A stretch of DNA of 64,000 nucleotides from Sulfolobales archaeon. GTDB taxonomy: Archaea; Thermoproteota; Thermoprotei_A; Sulfolobales; AG1. The translations under genes were made by a program, and so were the position numbers. Every line of letters starts with the position of its first letter. Position 1 is the first letter of the stretch. The notes under the pieces are model-generated. The model was given only the letters and a program-made list of their open reading frames with translations. It was not told where the DNA came from and searched no databases. Location: NCBI GenBank assembly GCA_038867615.1, contig JAWBYA010000003.1:96001-160000 (forward strand), written 5' to 3'. Positions 30,028 to 39,892 of the stretch are shown one piece after another.

Positions 30028-31106
30028 GAAGATCTACCTCTATATCTTTTCCCCAACAGAAAGCCAAAAGTAACACCTAGAATGAGACCTAAAACAGCGG
30101 AGCCTGCCAGCAATAGATAAGCCTGTTGATTCCCAGCGGCAGTGCTAGCTGTAGATGTGCTTGTACTAGTGATAGATATGGTAATTTTTGCACACTCTAT
30201 AAGCTTGCCTGATATAGATAGTGGAAAGATCGGTAGATCCAGCGGATCTAGAGGTAAGGCCTCAACGGATATAACATTGATTCCAAAGGGGCTCAGGGAT
30301 TCGCTCAGCTTATTAATATCCGCGTGCTCGAGATCACTAGCGACTAGAAGGCATCTGGGAGCCTGAGCCCTGAGTGCTTGTAGCGATGGTGGGGAAGGAT
30401 CTATTTCAGGATCTGGAGTGAGGATTATAGAGACATTGATGCTGAGAGATCTCATGAGATAGTAAAGCACAGGGCTGTAGAGCGCTACGCTATCAATCCC
30501 AAGGCTTTTTATAATCCCCTGAGCCTCGGTGAAGGATCTGAGTATCGCTTTTTTCACATCCTCGCTCTTCGCAGAGAGGTATTCAGCTATTTTGAGACCC
30601 TTATTATTAGCTGCTCTGATTAGAAGGTTGCTCATGATATCTATAGTCATTATAAGGGCTTCTTTATCAAAGATAACCTCATGAAGATTTTCTACATCTG
30701 TTCCAGGGATCTTTTCAGGTTTCCATCCGGCTTTTAGCAGTTCATCTATAAGAACAACTGATTTCTCTCTATATAACTCATAGATCCTGTCTGAAATAGG
30801 TAGGTGGTGTAGTGCATCGATAATTATAATATCAGAGGAGCCGATCTTCTTGATAACATCCGTGGGCGGCTCATATTCATGCGGATCTATACCGGGTGGG
30901 ATTGCGTTTATTACATCAACATAAACATCTCCAATAAGCTTTACTAAGGATGTTAGGAATGGATGGGTTGTTGTCACTATAATCTTTTCACCCTGACTAC
31001 TCTGGGCATGGGTGTTATATACAATATGTCCTGGGGTTAATAATGCAAAAAGAATCAACAGCAAACCGATGAGAGATATACTCCTTATCCAGGCATTTTT
31101 CTCCAC
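30024..31106 (-). CDS. Zn/Mn ABC substrate-binding protein (ZnuA/TroA-like)
   Basis: Signal peptide, DPHEYEP, Ser/Thr linker and C-terminal TM anchor. Confidence 0.88.
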   Translation of the reverse strand: MEKNAWIRSISLIGLLLILFALLTPGHIVYNTHAQSSQGEKIIVTTTHPFLTSLVKLIGDVYVDVINAIPPGIDPHEYEPPTDVIKKIGSSDIIIIDALHHLPISDRIYELYREKSVVLIDELLKAGWKPEKIPGTDVENLHEVIFDKEALIMTIDIMSNLLIRAANNKGLKIAEYLSAKSEDVKKAILRSFTEAQGIIKSLGIDSVALYSPVLYYLMRSLSINVSIILTPDPEIDPSPPSLQALRAQAPRCLLVASDLEHADINKLSESLSPFGINVISVEALPLDPLDLPIFPLSISGKLIECAKITISITSTSTSTASTAAGNQQAYLLLAGSAVLGLILGVTFGFLLGKRYRGRSS

Positions 31107-31122
31107 CTACTATCACCAGTAA

Positions 31123-31165
31123 TTTTAGGCTAAACCTAAATTTAAGTTTTAGGCTTAGCCTAAAA
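31123..31165. promoter_or_regulatory. Tandem palindromic operators, probable DtxR-family sites
   Basis: TTTTAGGC-TAA-ACCTAAAT (31123-31141) and perfect TTTTAGGC-TTA-GCCTAAAA (31147-31165) between divergent ABC operons, adjacent to TTATAAA at 31170. Confidence 0.8.
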
Positions 31166-31207
31166 TTGCTTATAAACCCCCTGTCAATATATGGATGGTG
31201 TATCCAT

Positions 31208-32581
31208 ATGGTGAATTCCATCAAGATCTTAGGGATCGGTGTAGTGGCAGCTATAGCATTATCGATAGTATCTATGGTATACGTGATCTGGGCGATAAAC
31301 GAGATCAGAGGAGATATAGGTAGAGTGAATACCAATATAAATAGCAACATAAATAGCCTATCTGAAAGGGTCTCACAACTCTCAAGGGTTGTTGAGGGGT
31401 CTGCAACCTCTATAGGGATCCTTAATAGGACAATAGGATCTATAGAGGAGAAGGTAGCAGGGATCAATAGCTCTGTAGCTTCTTTAAGCGAGTTTCTAAG
31501 GATCTCGACAGAGCCTAAGATCACTGTTAAGTATGCGAAACTATTCCAAGTAACATACGATGGTCCTGTAAAAGTGGTGAGGGATGCAGAGGGGCAGGTG
31601 ATGCTTCTTATACCAAGATCTCTCTCGCCCCAGAGGAATCTTATTGAATATTATACAAACAAATACTCACCCCAGCTAGTCATATACACACCAGTCGAGA
31701 GGGTAGTGTTAATGTCAGCAACACAGGTTGCAATGCTTCTCAGACTTGAGCAGGAGTGCAGGGTTAGTATAATAAACACCTCTCTCCTAGGCATCATGTG
31801 GGGTAAACAGTATCCATGGTATGTTCCAAGGATTGCTGATATGCTTGAGAAAGGAGTTCTAAAGGACTTCGGAGGCGCTGATAACCCCAATATAGAGGCT
31901 ATAGTTGCTTCGAAACCAGATCTTGTGGTTATATATACATACGCAGGCTCACCAGTATTTAGATCTTTAAAGAGCGCTGGATTACCCGTTGTTGTCGATA
32001 ACGAGTATCTAGAACAAACACTTATGGGGAGGTTCGAGTGGATAAAGTTCCTAGCTCTCTTCTACAATCTAGATAACTGTGCGGAATCGCTCTTCAACAG
32101 GGTTGAGAACACCATATCAAGCCTCAGATCCTCAATAGCTAATCAATTCCCCGCAGAGGGTCAGAGACCAATGGTAGCTTGGTTCAGCGTGTTTGGAGGC
32201 GTTATATATGCTGCGTCCCCAGCAAGCTATGTTGTTGATGCTATAATAATGGCTGGAGGTAGATATGCATTCAGTGACATACCATTCGGACGTGTATCTA
32301 GAGAGGTGGTTATAGCGAGGTCAAGCTCTATAGATGTTCTTATATACTCATCAAGCATAGACTATGGTCCGAAAAGCCTGTCTGAACTATTAAAAGCGGT
32401 ACCCTTCGTAAGCGATATGAAGGCTGTTAAAGAGGGAAGGGTATATGTATTTGCTCCAACATATTGGCAGCTTGGTACCGCCTATCCCGAGGATATTGTA
32501 AGAGATCTTGTCAAGATCTTCTACCCAGATCTTCAGGATCTGAAGGACTGGAAATTGATGTACTTCGTTAAACTTAGCTAG
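31208..32581 (+). CDS. Iron-siderophore/cobalamin-type ABC substrate-binding protein
   Basis: N-terminal TM and coiled coil; PVERVV, NIEAIVASKPDLV, EYLE....GRFEWIKF, KAVKEGRVY; ATG 31208. Confidence 0.87.
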   Translation: MVNSIKILGIGVVAAIALSIVSMVYVIWAINEIRGDIGRVNTNINSNINSLSERVSQLSRVVEGSATSIGILNRTIGSIEEKVAGINSSVASLSEFLRISTEPKITVKYAKLFQVTYDGPVKVVRDAEGQVMLLIPRSLSPQRNLIEYYTNKYSPQLVIYTPVERVVLMSATQVAMLLRLEQECRVSIINTSLLGIMWGKQYPWYVPRIADMLEKGVLKDFGGADNPNIEAIVASKPDLVVIYTYAGSPVFRSLKSAGLPVVVDNEYLEQTLMGRFEWIKFLALFYNLDNCAESLFNRVENTISSLRSSIANQFPAEGQRPMVAWFSVFGGVIYAASPASYVVDAIIMAGGRYAFSDIPFGRVSREVVIARSSSIDVLIYSSSIDYGPKSLSELLKAVPFVSDMKAVKEGRVYVFAPTYWQLGTAYPEDIVRDLVKIFYPDLQDLKDWKLMYFVKLS

Positions 32582-32590
32582 GGATATGGT

Positions 32591-33613
32591 ATGGATAAGA
32601 GGGTGTATTTTTTACTCTCAATATTGATGACAATTCTCCTAGCATCATTCCTAGCATCCATACTATATGGACCAGTTAGGATAGATTTCATAAGGATCTT
32701 GCGGGACATGTTTGGAGAGAGCGTTCTAACCGATACGGAGAGGGCTATAATATATAATACAAGAATGCCGATAGCTATTGCAGCCCTAGCATCAGGCTCT
32801 CTACTAGGGATCTCGGGCTTTCTATACCAGATCCTGTTGAGAAACCCGATGGGGGATCCATATGTTATGGGTGTAGCATCGATATCGTACACCTCCCTTG
32901 TAGTTGTTGCCTTTCTAGCCGTGTCTATTGGAGTGTTTTTCACATATATGTCCTTTATAGCACCCTTAGTAGTGCTTGTTGTTGCACTCACATATACTGG
33001 TGTGTTGAGCCTCCTCTCATACAGGCTCTCCGTGCTCCAGATCCTTTTGGTCGGCATCTCCCTGAGCTTTGCATTCTCTGGCGTCTCGATACTGATTCTC
33101 TCAATGCTTCCATCGGAGGTTGCTGGGTATCTAGCTTTAGCCCTTATGGGGAGTTTTGATGGTGTTGGTCAACAGGGTTCTATGATCCTCATAATATCTC
33201 TTATAATAGCTATCGCGTCATCCCTCCTCATCTCCATAAAGCATTTAGACCCACTCCTCCTCGGCGAGGATTACGCCAGATCTCTTGGAATAAACACAGG
33301 TCTCGTAAGGCTTTTCGTAGGAATCATAGCAGGCTCCTCCGCAGCTATAACGGTAACCTATGTAGGTGTTATCGGCTTCATAGGGTTCGCCTCACCCCAT
33401 ATAGCTAGGATGCTTGTTAAGAGTGGTAAGAGCTCTGTCATCCTGCCATTTGCATGTATTATTGGAGGGCTTCTAGCGATCCTCACGAACCTGTTTATAA
33501 GGATCGTTTTCCAAGGCTCTTCAGTACCAGTGACAGCTATTACGAGTCTTTTCGGAGCACCCCTCCTGATATATATGGTCTCTAGGATGAGGGGAGAATA
33601 TGCATGGGCATAG
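32591..33613 (+). CDS. FecCD/BtuC family ABC permease
   Basis: R.P, QILLRNPMGDPY, LGEDYARSLG, G.IGFIG..SPHIAR. Confidence 0.92.
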   Translation: MDKRVYFLLSILMTILLASFLASILYGPVRIDFIRILRDMFGESVLTDTERAIIYNTRMPIAIAALASGSLLGISGFLYQILLRNPMGDPYVMGVASISYTSLVVVAFLAVSIGVFFTYMSFIAPLVVLVVALTYTGVLSLLSYRLSVLQILLVGISLSFAFSGVSILILSMLPSEVAGYLALALMGSFDGVGQQGSMILIISLIIAIASSLLISIKHLDPLLLGEDYARSLGINTGLVRLFVGIIAGSSAAITVTYVGVIGFIGFASPHIARMLVKSGKSSVILPFACIIGGLLAILTNLFIRIVFQGSSVPVTAITSLFGAPLLIYMVSRMRGEYAWA

Positions 33614-34706
33614 AGGAGATAATGATCGAGATTCGTGTGTTGATATAGCATCATGTATAGCTGGGTATAGAGGGAAACCTGTTGTTAGCGCCTCAGCAAG
33701 GATTTGTAAGGGGTTAACATGTATACTCGGACCCAACGGGTCTGGGAAAACCACTCTCTTAAAAACAATAGCAGGCCTTCTAGACCCTATAGAGGGCGCT
33801 GTACTCATAGACGGGCTTAATATGAGTCTTGTCAGCGTAGTGGAAAGGGCAAAGATCGTAGGGATCCATTTATCACAGATCCCCACATTACCCCTCTTCA
33901 AGGTTAGGGATGTCGTCCTCCTAGGCAGAACCCCCAGGGCTGGGTTGTTCTTCACGGAGGAGGACATGACATATGTTGAGGAGGCTATTAAGAGAACCAG
34001 GATCGAGGATCTCTCAGAGGCTTACTTTAACCAGCTTAGTGATGGGCAGAAGAGAAGGGTAATGATAGCAATGGCTCTTTCAAGAAAACCAAGGGTTCTT
34101 TTGCTCGACGAACCCACAAGCTTCCTAGATCCTTTTAACAGGCGCAAGATATTCGAGATCTTGAAGGAAGTATCCAGGGAAATCTCGGTTATACTTTCAA
34201 CACACGATATAGATCTTGCGGCGATCTTCTGTGACACGATATATTACATAGATAGAGGTGTTTTGAGAAAGATGGAGAGCCTCCAGGAACTCGGAAAGAT
34301 CTATGGAGAGGGGGACACGATCCTAGACCCGTTTACACTGAAGCTGGAGCCCGTGATACCGAAAAGCGATAGATCGATCCATATACTAGGGGGTTGCGGG
34401 AGCGGGACACTCTATCTGAGAAAAACAGGGTATAGATATTCAGTAACCACAGGTCCTCTCTATCCAAACGATCTCGACGCTATAGTGCTTAAGAGACTCG
34501 GGGCGTTAGTTATAACCACAACCGATGATGATCCCTTCGAGAGTGCTATTGAGCATATCAAACGGGCAGAACTTCTAGTAGTGATCGACACCCCGGACTA
34601 CTGTAAACCACCAGAGACTAGCTTACTGGTTAAAGAAGCCATCGGTATGGGTAAGAAATTGGTTCATGTGGATCTTGCAAGCCTTGGTATAGCCGATCTC
34701 CTATAG
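33600..34706 (+). CDS. FecE/BtuD-like ABC ATPase with C-terminal extension
   Basis: GPNGSGKTT, LSDGQ, LLDEPT; extra HILGGCGSG domain. Confidence 0.9.
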   Translation: MHGHRGDNDRDSCVDIASCIAGYRGKPVVSASARICKGLTCILGPNGSGKTTLLKTIAGLLDPIEGAVLIDGLNMSLVSVVERAKIVGIHLSQIPTLPLFKVRDVVLLGRTPRAGLFFTEEDMTYVEEAIKRTRIEDLSEAYFNQLSDGQKRRVMIAMALSRKPRVLLLDEPTSFLDPFNRRKIFEILKEVSREISVILSTHDIDLAAIFCDTIYYIDRGVLRKMESLQELGKIYGEGDTILDPFTLKLEPVIPKSDRSIHILGGCGSGTLYLRKTGYRYSVTTGPLYPNDLDAIVLKRLGALVITTTDDDPFESAIEHIKRAELLVVIDTPDYCKPPETSLLVKEAIGMGKKLVHVDLASLGIADLL

Positions 34707-34919
34707 ATCTTCGGAAAACAAACCCCGCTTTATCAAGGAGAACAGAAGATCTACCTATAGGTAGGGCTTTGGCAAGAGGTGTAGACACCGATAGATATGG
34801 TTTAGGAAATACTCCCATGGATCTTGCATAGGTATTCTGGACTATGTATTGTATGTTCATGTTTTAATTCTATGCCGGGGTTAGATATATGGAGTTGTGA
34901 GCTGTTGTTAAGCAACAGG

Positions 34920-35441
34920 ATGGGTAAGGTTCTGGTTATATGTTTTCCATACTGTTTATCTGAAGAGAAAGAGGCTATTGAGAAATATATAGTTTCCAGG
35001 CTCGGCTTCGGAGTGGGGTTTATAGATCATGGTTCCCATCTACCCTCAGAACTATATGATAACTGGAGAGGACAGTATAGATCCGAGGATGTTTTGAACT
35101 ATCTTTCGTCTCAAAGGATGGGATCACTAACCATAGCTATTATAAAGGAGGACGCATATGTCTATGGCTATAACTATGTCTTTGGACATGCGGATCCCAA
35201 GAGAGGTGTTTGTGCTGTATATACTAAAAGAATCTTTGGTCAGGGGGGCGAGGAGTATATTCTAAGACTGGTGAAGGAAACGCTACACGAGTTGGGTCAT
35301 CTATTAGGATTGGATCACTGTAACAATAGGGAGTGTGTGATGAGCTTCAGCAGAAACCTAGCCGAGGTTGATAGAAAGAAGCCCCTCTACTGCCCATCAT
35401 GTCTAGCGAAGCTTAGCAGGGGTATCACTGGGTTTAGATGA
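34920..35441 (+). CDS. amzA: Archaemetzincin zinc protease
   Basis: HELGHLLGLDHC..RECVM.FS...EVD.K...CPSC; ATG 34920. Confidence 0.92.
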   Translation: MGKVLVICFPYCLSEEKEAIEKYIVSRLGFGVGFIDHGSHLPSELYDNWRGQYRSEDVLNYLSSQRMGSLTIAIIKEDAYVYGYNYVFGHADPKRGVCAVYTKRIFGQGGEEYILRLVKETLHELGHLLGLDHCNNRECVMSFSRNLAEVDRKKPLYCPSCLAKLSRGITGFR

Positions 35442-35504
35442 GAATGTTAGTCTCTGGAGAAAATTTTCCCAGCATCGATTTATGCCGCTTGTTAGAAACG
35501 ATCT

Positions 35505-36314
35505 GTGGGGTATGGTGGAGTGAAAATATATAGAGGGTCTCTGGTAATAGATACATCCATGATCAGGCTCCTAGATGATCGAGGGGTAAGCAGGTTATTA
35601 GAACACATCGTGAAGATCTCTCTAGGAGATCTCTATAGGGTCTTCATAGCGGTTTCTCCCTTCAATGCAAATATAACTTACAGGGGTTCGAGGGTTTATA
35701 GAGTATCTATATCCTATGGGGCTTTCATAATATCCTCCTCAGCGCATGGTACAAGTCCAAGGGATCTGGGGGCAGTGTTTAGCACTATATGCAATGAGGG
35801 AGAAAATGCTAGTAGGCTATGCTGGTATCTTAGCGAGGATGTATGGGCTGACGTGAGGATCCTGGTTCCAAAGATCTCTCTAGATCCTTTAGATCAATGT
35901 TCAAGAGAGTATGGAGAGCCCCTCGCAAGGTTGGGCTTAAGCATAGCTAGAGATGCGAGATCCAGGATTCTCTGCCTAGCCCGCGGGGATAGATTGACGA
36001 TAAACGATCCTAATGCGAGCTACCTAGTAATCCCTACAGATATGGATAGTGGTTACAAAGACCACCTAGTAGACCGCATCGGTGGATATAGACATCCTAT
36101 AGCAGCCCTGCTTATGGGGAGGAGGGTTAAGTGCGGCGATCAGGAGGATCTAGAGCTCCCCAAGGACAGCGAGATCATTGTTAGAAGCTCTGATGGTGAC
36201 GCTCTCCTCTATAACATATACGACATAGCCTATGTATTTGGGTGTAAACCATGGCCGGAGGATCTATTGTTCAAAATACCAGCAATATATGCATCAACAG
36301 TAGCCGAGCAATAA
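35505..36314 (+). CDS. Hypothetical protein
   Basis: 269-aa ORF with no competing frame; no motif recognised. Confidence 0.6.
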   Translation: MGYGGVKIYRGSLVIDTSMIRLLDDRGVSRLLEHIVKISLGDLYRVFIAVSPFNANITYRGSRVYRVSISYGAFIISSSAHGTSPRDLGAVFSTICNEGENASRLCWYLSEDVWADVRILVPKISLDPLDQCSREYGEPLARLGLSIARDARSRILCLARGDRLTINDPNASYLVIPTDMDSGYKDHLVDRIGGYRHPIAALLMGRRVKCGDQEDLELPKDSEIIVRSSDGDALLYNIYDIAYVFGCKPWPEDLLFKIPAIYASTVAEQ

Positions 36315-36482
36315 TGTTTAACCATCCTATAGCTCTGCCTAATAAACATGCCGCTGTCAAGGCTAACCTTCTATAGTAACCGGGGAACTCTTCCATAATA
36401 GAAATCCTGGAAAAGATCTTCATAAGGCTTTGGGTCCGGGTCTAAGGATATAAGCCCCAAAAGGATTCATCTTCTGGTAAGT

Positions 36483-36591
36483 GGCCGCGGTAGCTCAGCC
36501 TGGGAGAGCGCGGGACTGTGGGCTCCTAATACTAGAAGCCGGCCGGGGGGTAGATATCCCGAGGTCCCGGGTTCAAATCCCGGCCGCGGCC
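36483..36591 (+). tRNA. tRNA-His(GTG) with 34-nt intron at 37/38 (36522-36555)
   Basis: Acceptor GCCGCGG/CCGCGGC, encoded G-1 and C73, anticodon stem CGGGA/TCCCG, T-loop TTCAAAT; BHB helix CTGT/GTAG with 3-nt bulges. Confidence 0.93.
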
Positions 36592-36675
36592 CCTTCTTTT
36601 AGAATCGCTGGAGATCTTTAGGATAAATCCATATAGATATATTTGGATACTATGTTAATACGCTTGGGGCGGGCT

Positions 36676-37926
36676 ATGGGGAAACAGATCCTTGTTATAG
36701 GTTTCGACGGCATAGGGGATCGTCCTTCTAAAGAGCTTAACGGCATGACACCCCTTGAAGCTGCCTCTAAACCCACTATTGATTGGCTCGCCTCTAGGGG
36801 GGCTCAGGGCATAATGGATCCTATAGCCCCTGGAGTTATCCCAGGCTCTGATACAGCCCACCTGGCAATCTTTGGGCTAGATCCTTTCAAGGTGTATCCA
36901 GGAAGGGGTCCTTTTGAGGCTATAGGTGCTGGTGCTGTTTTAGAGCCTGGGGATATCGCACTAAGGGGTAACTTTGCCTCTGTTGATAGTAATCTCGTTG
37001 TGATTGATAGGAGGGCTGGGAGATCAGAGTACGGCTTAGACGAGCTAGTTAGATTCCTGAGTAAAAACATAATAGAGATCGATGGTGTTGAGGTTAGATT
37101 CTATAGAGCTACCGAGCATAGAGTTGCTATAGTGTTAAGAGGCCGCGGGCTCTCTGATAAGGTGAGCGATACAGATCCCCATGTTGAGGGGCAGAGGATC
37201 TCTATCTCAAAACCTCTGAACGATAGTGAGGAGGCTAGGAGGACTGCCGAGATTATTAATAAACTATCTATAGAGATCCACAATATGCTCAAGAACCACG
37301 AGATCAATAGGGAGAGGGTTGAAAAAGGACTGCCCCCGGCTAATGTTATTCTCATGAGAGGGGCTGGGAAGATGCCGCATCTTAAGAAGATCTGGGAGCT
37401 GGATAGGATTGAGATAAAAAAAGCCGCAGCTATAAGTGGTACAGCGCTTATCAAGGGTGTTACAAAGATCCTCGGGTTCGAGGTTATCCACCCCCAAGGA
37501 GCTACTGGGGGTCTTAACACCAATGTGGCTTCTAAGGTGAGGGCTGCGAGGGATATGCTTGATAAAGGATACGATCTAGTTTATCTCCACTTTAAAGGGA
37601 CAGATAGTGCTAGCCATGATAGAAAGCCGAGAGAGAAGAAGGAGTTTATAGAAAGGTGCGATGAGGCTCTCTCACAACTGATACCCGAGTTTGCCGACAG
37701 TATAGTTATAGCCATTACGGGGGATCATACAACCTCCAGCGAGCTTGGCCAGCATACAAGCGACCCGGTTCCACTCCTTATATATTCCAAAGACATGTTC
37801 TATGATGCTCTTGGCAAGTTTTCGGAGAGGAGTGCTAGGGCTGGGGTTATAGGTAGGATCAGAGGGTCGGATCTTATATATATGTTATCAGACCTAGCAG
37901 GAAGGCAGGAGAAATTTGGTGCATAG
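36676..37926 (+). CDS. apgM: 2,3-BPG-independent phosphoglycerate mutase
   Basis: DGIGDRP, TPLEAA, PGSDTAH, GRGPFEA, D.ASHD, TGDH. Confidence 0.94.
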   Translation: MGKQILVIGFDGIGDRPSKELNGMTPLEAASKPTIDWLASRGAQGIMDPIAPGVIPGSDTAHLAIFGLDPFKVYPGRGPFEAIGAGAVLEPGDIALRGNFASVDSNLVVIDRRAGRSEYGLDELVRFLSKNIIEIDGVEVRFYRATEHRVAIVLRGRGLSDKVSDTDPHVEGQRISISKPLNDSEEARRTAEIINKLSIEIHNMLKNHEINRERVEKGLPPANVILMRGAGKMPHLKKIWELDRIEIKKAAAISGTALIKGVTKILGFEVIHPQGATGGLNTNVASKVRAARDMLDKGYDLVYLHFKGTDSASHDRKPREKKEFIERCDEALSQLIPEFADSIVIAITGDHTTSSELGQHTSDPVPLLIYSKDMFYDALGKFSERSARAGVIGRIRGSDLIYMLSDLAGRQEKFGA

Positions 37927-37934
37927 GGTATAGG

Positions 37935-39170
37935 CTAGATTATAGGCTTTGCATATCCCACAAGCCTCCATCTACCCTTTATCTGTCTCGATATAGCTAT
38001 CCCGATGTTTTTGATGACAACAGAAGGTCTTAGGAGGGTTACCTCTAAACGATCCTTGCTAACCCTGTTAACTACCCCCATTGTTGTGTTTGTCCCTATG
38101 GTTAGCATTATATTCTCCCTAACCCGTATTGGCTCTATACCTATCATCTCTTTAGCACCGACAACCCTTTCAAGGAGTATATAGTCCATCTCGAGCGTGG
38201 TCAAGGGATCTGGTACCCTGCCAGCCTTTCCAACAACGTTGCCAACAAGCTTGTCAGCCTTTGTGAGGAACGGATCTAGATCTGTTCCTAGAGCAACGAG
38301 GCCACCTGGCCCAGCCTCGTTGAACTCAGTAGTTCCAAACCTTATAGAGGTGACACGTGTTGTGAGAGGGACATACTCTGCTTTCCCATCAGCCCTCTCG
38401 ATCCTCACTCCTGGTTTTATCTCTATCTCATCCCCAACCCTAATGACACCCTGGATCAGTGATCCTCCTACTATACCGCCTACAAGCTCTGACACAGGTG
38501 TTCCAACCTTGTTCACTTCAAAGCTTCTTGCAACAAACATTAGAGGGTCTGCACTAGTATCCCTCACAGGTGTTGGTATATTCCTCTGTATAGCCATGAG
38601 CACCGCGTCTATGTTCACACCGTGTAGGGCGCTCACGGGTATTATAGGTGTTTTTTCATAGCCCATTTCGCTTAGGAAGCTCCTGATCTCGTTATAGCTT
38701 CTAAAGGCTCTTTCTTTGTCAACAACATCTATTTTATTCTGGATAACAACGAGATTCTTTATCCCCACAAGCTTTAGCGCTGTCAAATGCTCCCTGGTCT
38801 GTGGTTGTGGGCATGGCTCGTTAGCAGCTATTACCAAGAGAGCGCCATCCATTAGCGCTGCACCGCTCAGCATGGTTGCCATTAGAGTTTCGTGTCCTGG
38901 GGAGTCTACGTAAGAGACCCTCCTAATAAGCCTCGACTCAGTATTATCTGGGCATCTACTTGTGGTGGTGTAGGCATCAGGCTCCTCTAAACCATCACAA
39001 TAGGCTATGTTTCCATCAGCGTAGCCGAGCTTTATAGTCATAGATCTTCTAAGTTCCATGGAATGTCTAGCAGTCCATATGCCGGTGAGGGCTTGCACGA
39101 GGGTTGTTTTACCATGATCTACATGGCCTACTACTCCTATATTAACCTCTGGCTGTGTGATCTTCCACAT
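37935..39170 (-). CDS. eif2g: Translation initiation factor 2 gamma subunit
   Basis: QPEVNIG.VGHVDHGKTT, DSPGHE, PQPQTREH, NKID. Confidence 0.97.
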   Translation of the reverse strand: MWKITQPEVNIGVVGHVDHGKTTLVQALTGIWTARHSMELRRSMTIKLGYADGNIAYCDGLEEPDAYTTTSRCPDNTESRLIRRVSYVDSPGHETLMATMLSGAALMDGALLVIAANEPCPQPQTREHLTALKLVGIKNLVVIQNKIDVVDKERAFRSYNEIRSFLSEMGYEKTPIIPVSALHGVNIDAVLMAIQRNIPTPVRDTSADPLMFVARSFEVNKVGTPVSELVGGIVGGSLIQGVIRVGDEIEIKPGVRIERADGKAEYVPLTTRVTSIRFGTTEFNEAGPGGLVALGTDLDPFLTKADKLVGNVVGKAGRVPDPLTTLEMDYILLERVVGAKEMIGIEPIRVRENIMLTIGTNTTMGVVNRVSKDRLEVTLLRPSVVIKNIGIAISRQIKGRWRLVGYAKPII

Positions 39171-39410
39171 GGTGTATCCTAGAAAATATCCTCACAGGCA
39201 AATTAAGGACTTTTTATGTATCTATATCATGTCGCCCCCCTATAATTGAGCCAGAGATCACTGGTCTCGGGGTTGGTGAACCGGATTATCAGTAGCGGTT
39301 GGTTATACGGCTCTTACATATAAATCACGTGGTTTATTATATTTACTGTTAATGCTAGCTATCTATTAATAAAAGCCCCCCAGTATAATTATATATCGAG
39401 GTAGCGGGTT

Positions 39411-39812
39411 TTGGATACCTTACAAGAACAGGGAGAGCTGAGCCCAATAGATAGAAAGGCGTTTGAAATAATATCAAGCTATAGCGAAAGAGGGGGAATA
39501 CTTCAGTCAGATCTTTGGAGAATCCTTGGAGTTGATAGTAAGGAAGGGTCGAAGGTGGTTCTAAGACTTCTAAGAAGGGGTATGATAACCAGGAAGGAGG
39601 TTAATCATGGTGGTAGGAAGACATATCTACTCATGGTATCTCATCAGACTGAGGAGAGAGAGATAGAAGTCGACATAGATGGTGTCATGATGATTCCCTG
39701 TTTTACGTGTGAGTATCTCTATCTGGAATGCGGTGACTCGTCAAAGCTAAACCCCGCCAGCTGTATAAAGATGAACAACTTTGTGAAGAACTTGGGTAAT
39801 GCCGAGAAATAA
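39411..39812 (+). CDS. Transcription factor E beta (RPC34/39-like wHTH plus Fe-S domain)
   Basis: GILQSDLW wHTH followed by IPCFTC-x5-C-x9-C cysteine cluster. Confidence 0.8.
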   Translation: MDTLQEQGELSPIDRKAFEIISSYSERGGILQSDLWRILGVDSKEGSKVVLRLLRRGMITRKEVNHGGRKTYLLMVSHQTEEREIEVDIDGVMMIPCFTCEYLYLECGDSSKLNPASCIKMNNFVKNLGNAEK

Positions 39813-39892
39813 TGAATATACTAATCGATCCGAATCTCCCGGATCTCTAGAGATGTAGACAGTGTTATAGTCATAAATATGTGGATACTCTG

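Noticed and set aside
34920-36600. Island integrated at tRNA-His
   Set aside because: No integrase nearby and no duplicated tRNA half found by eye
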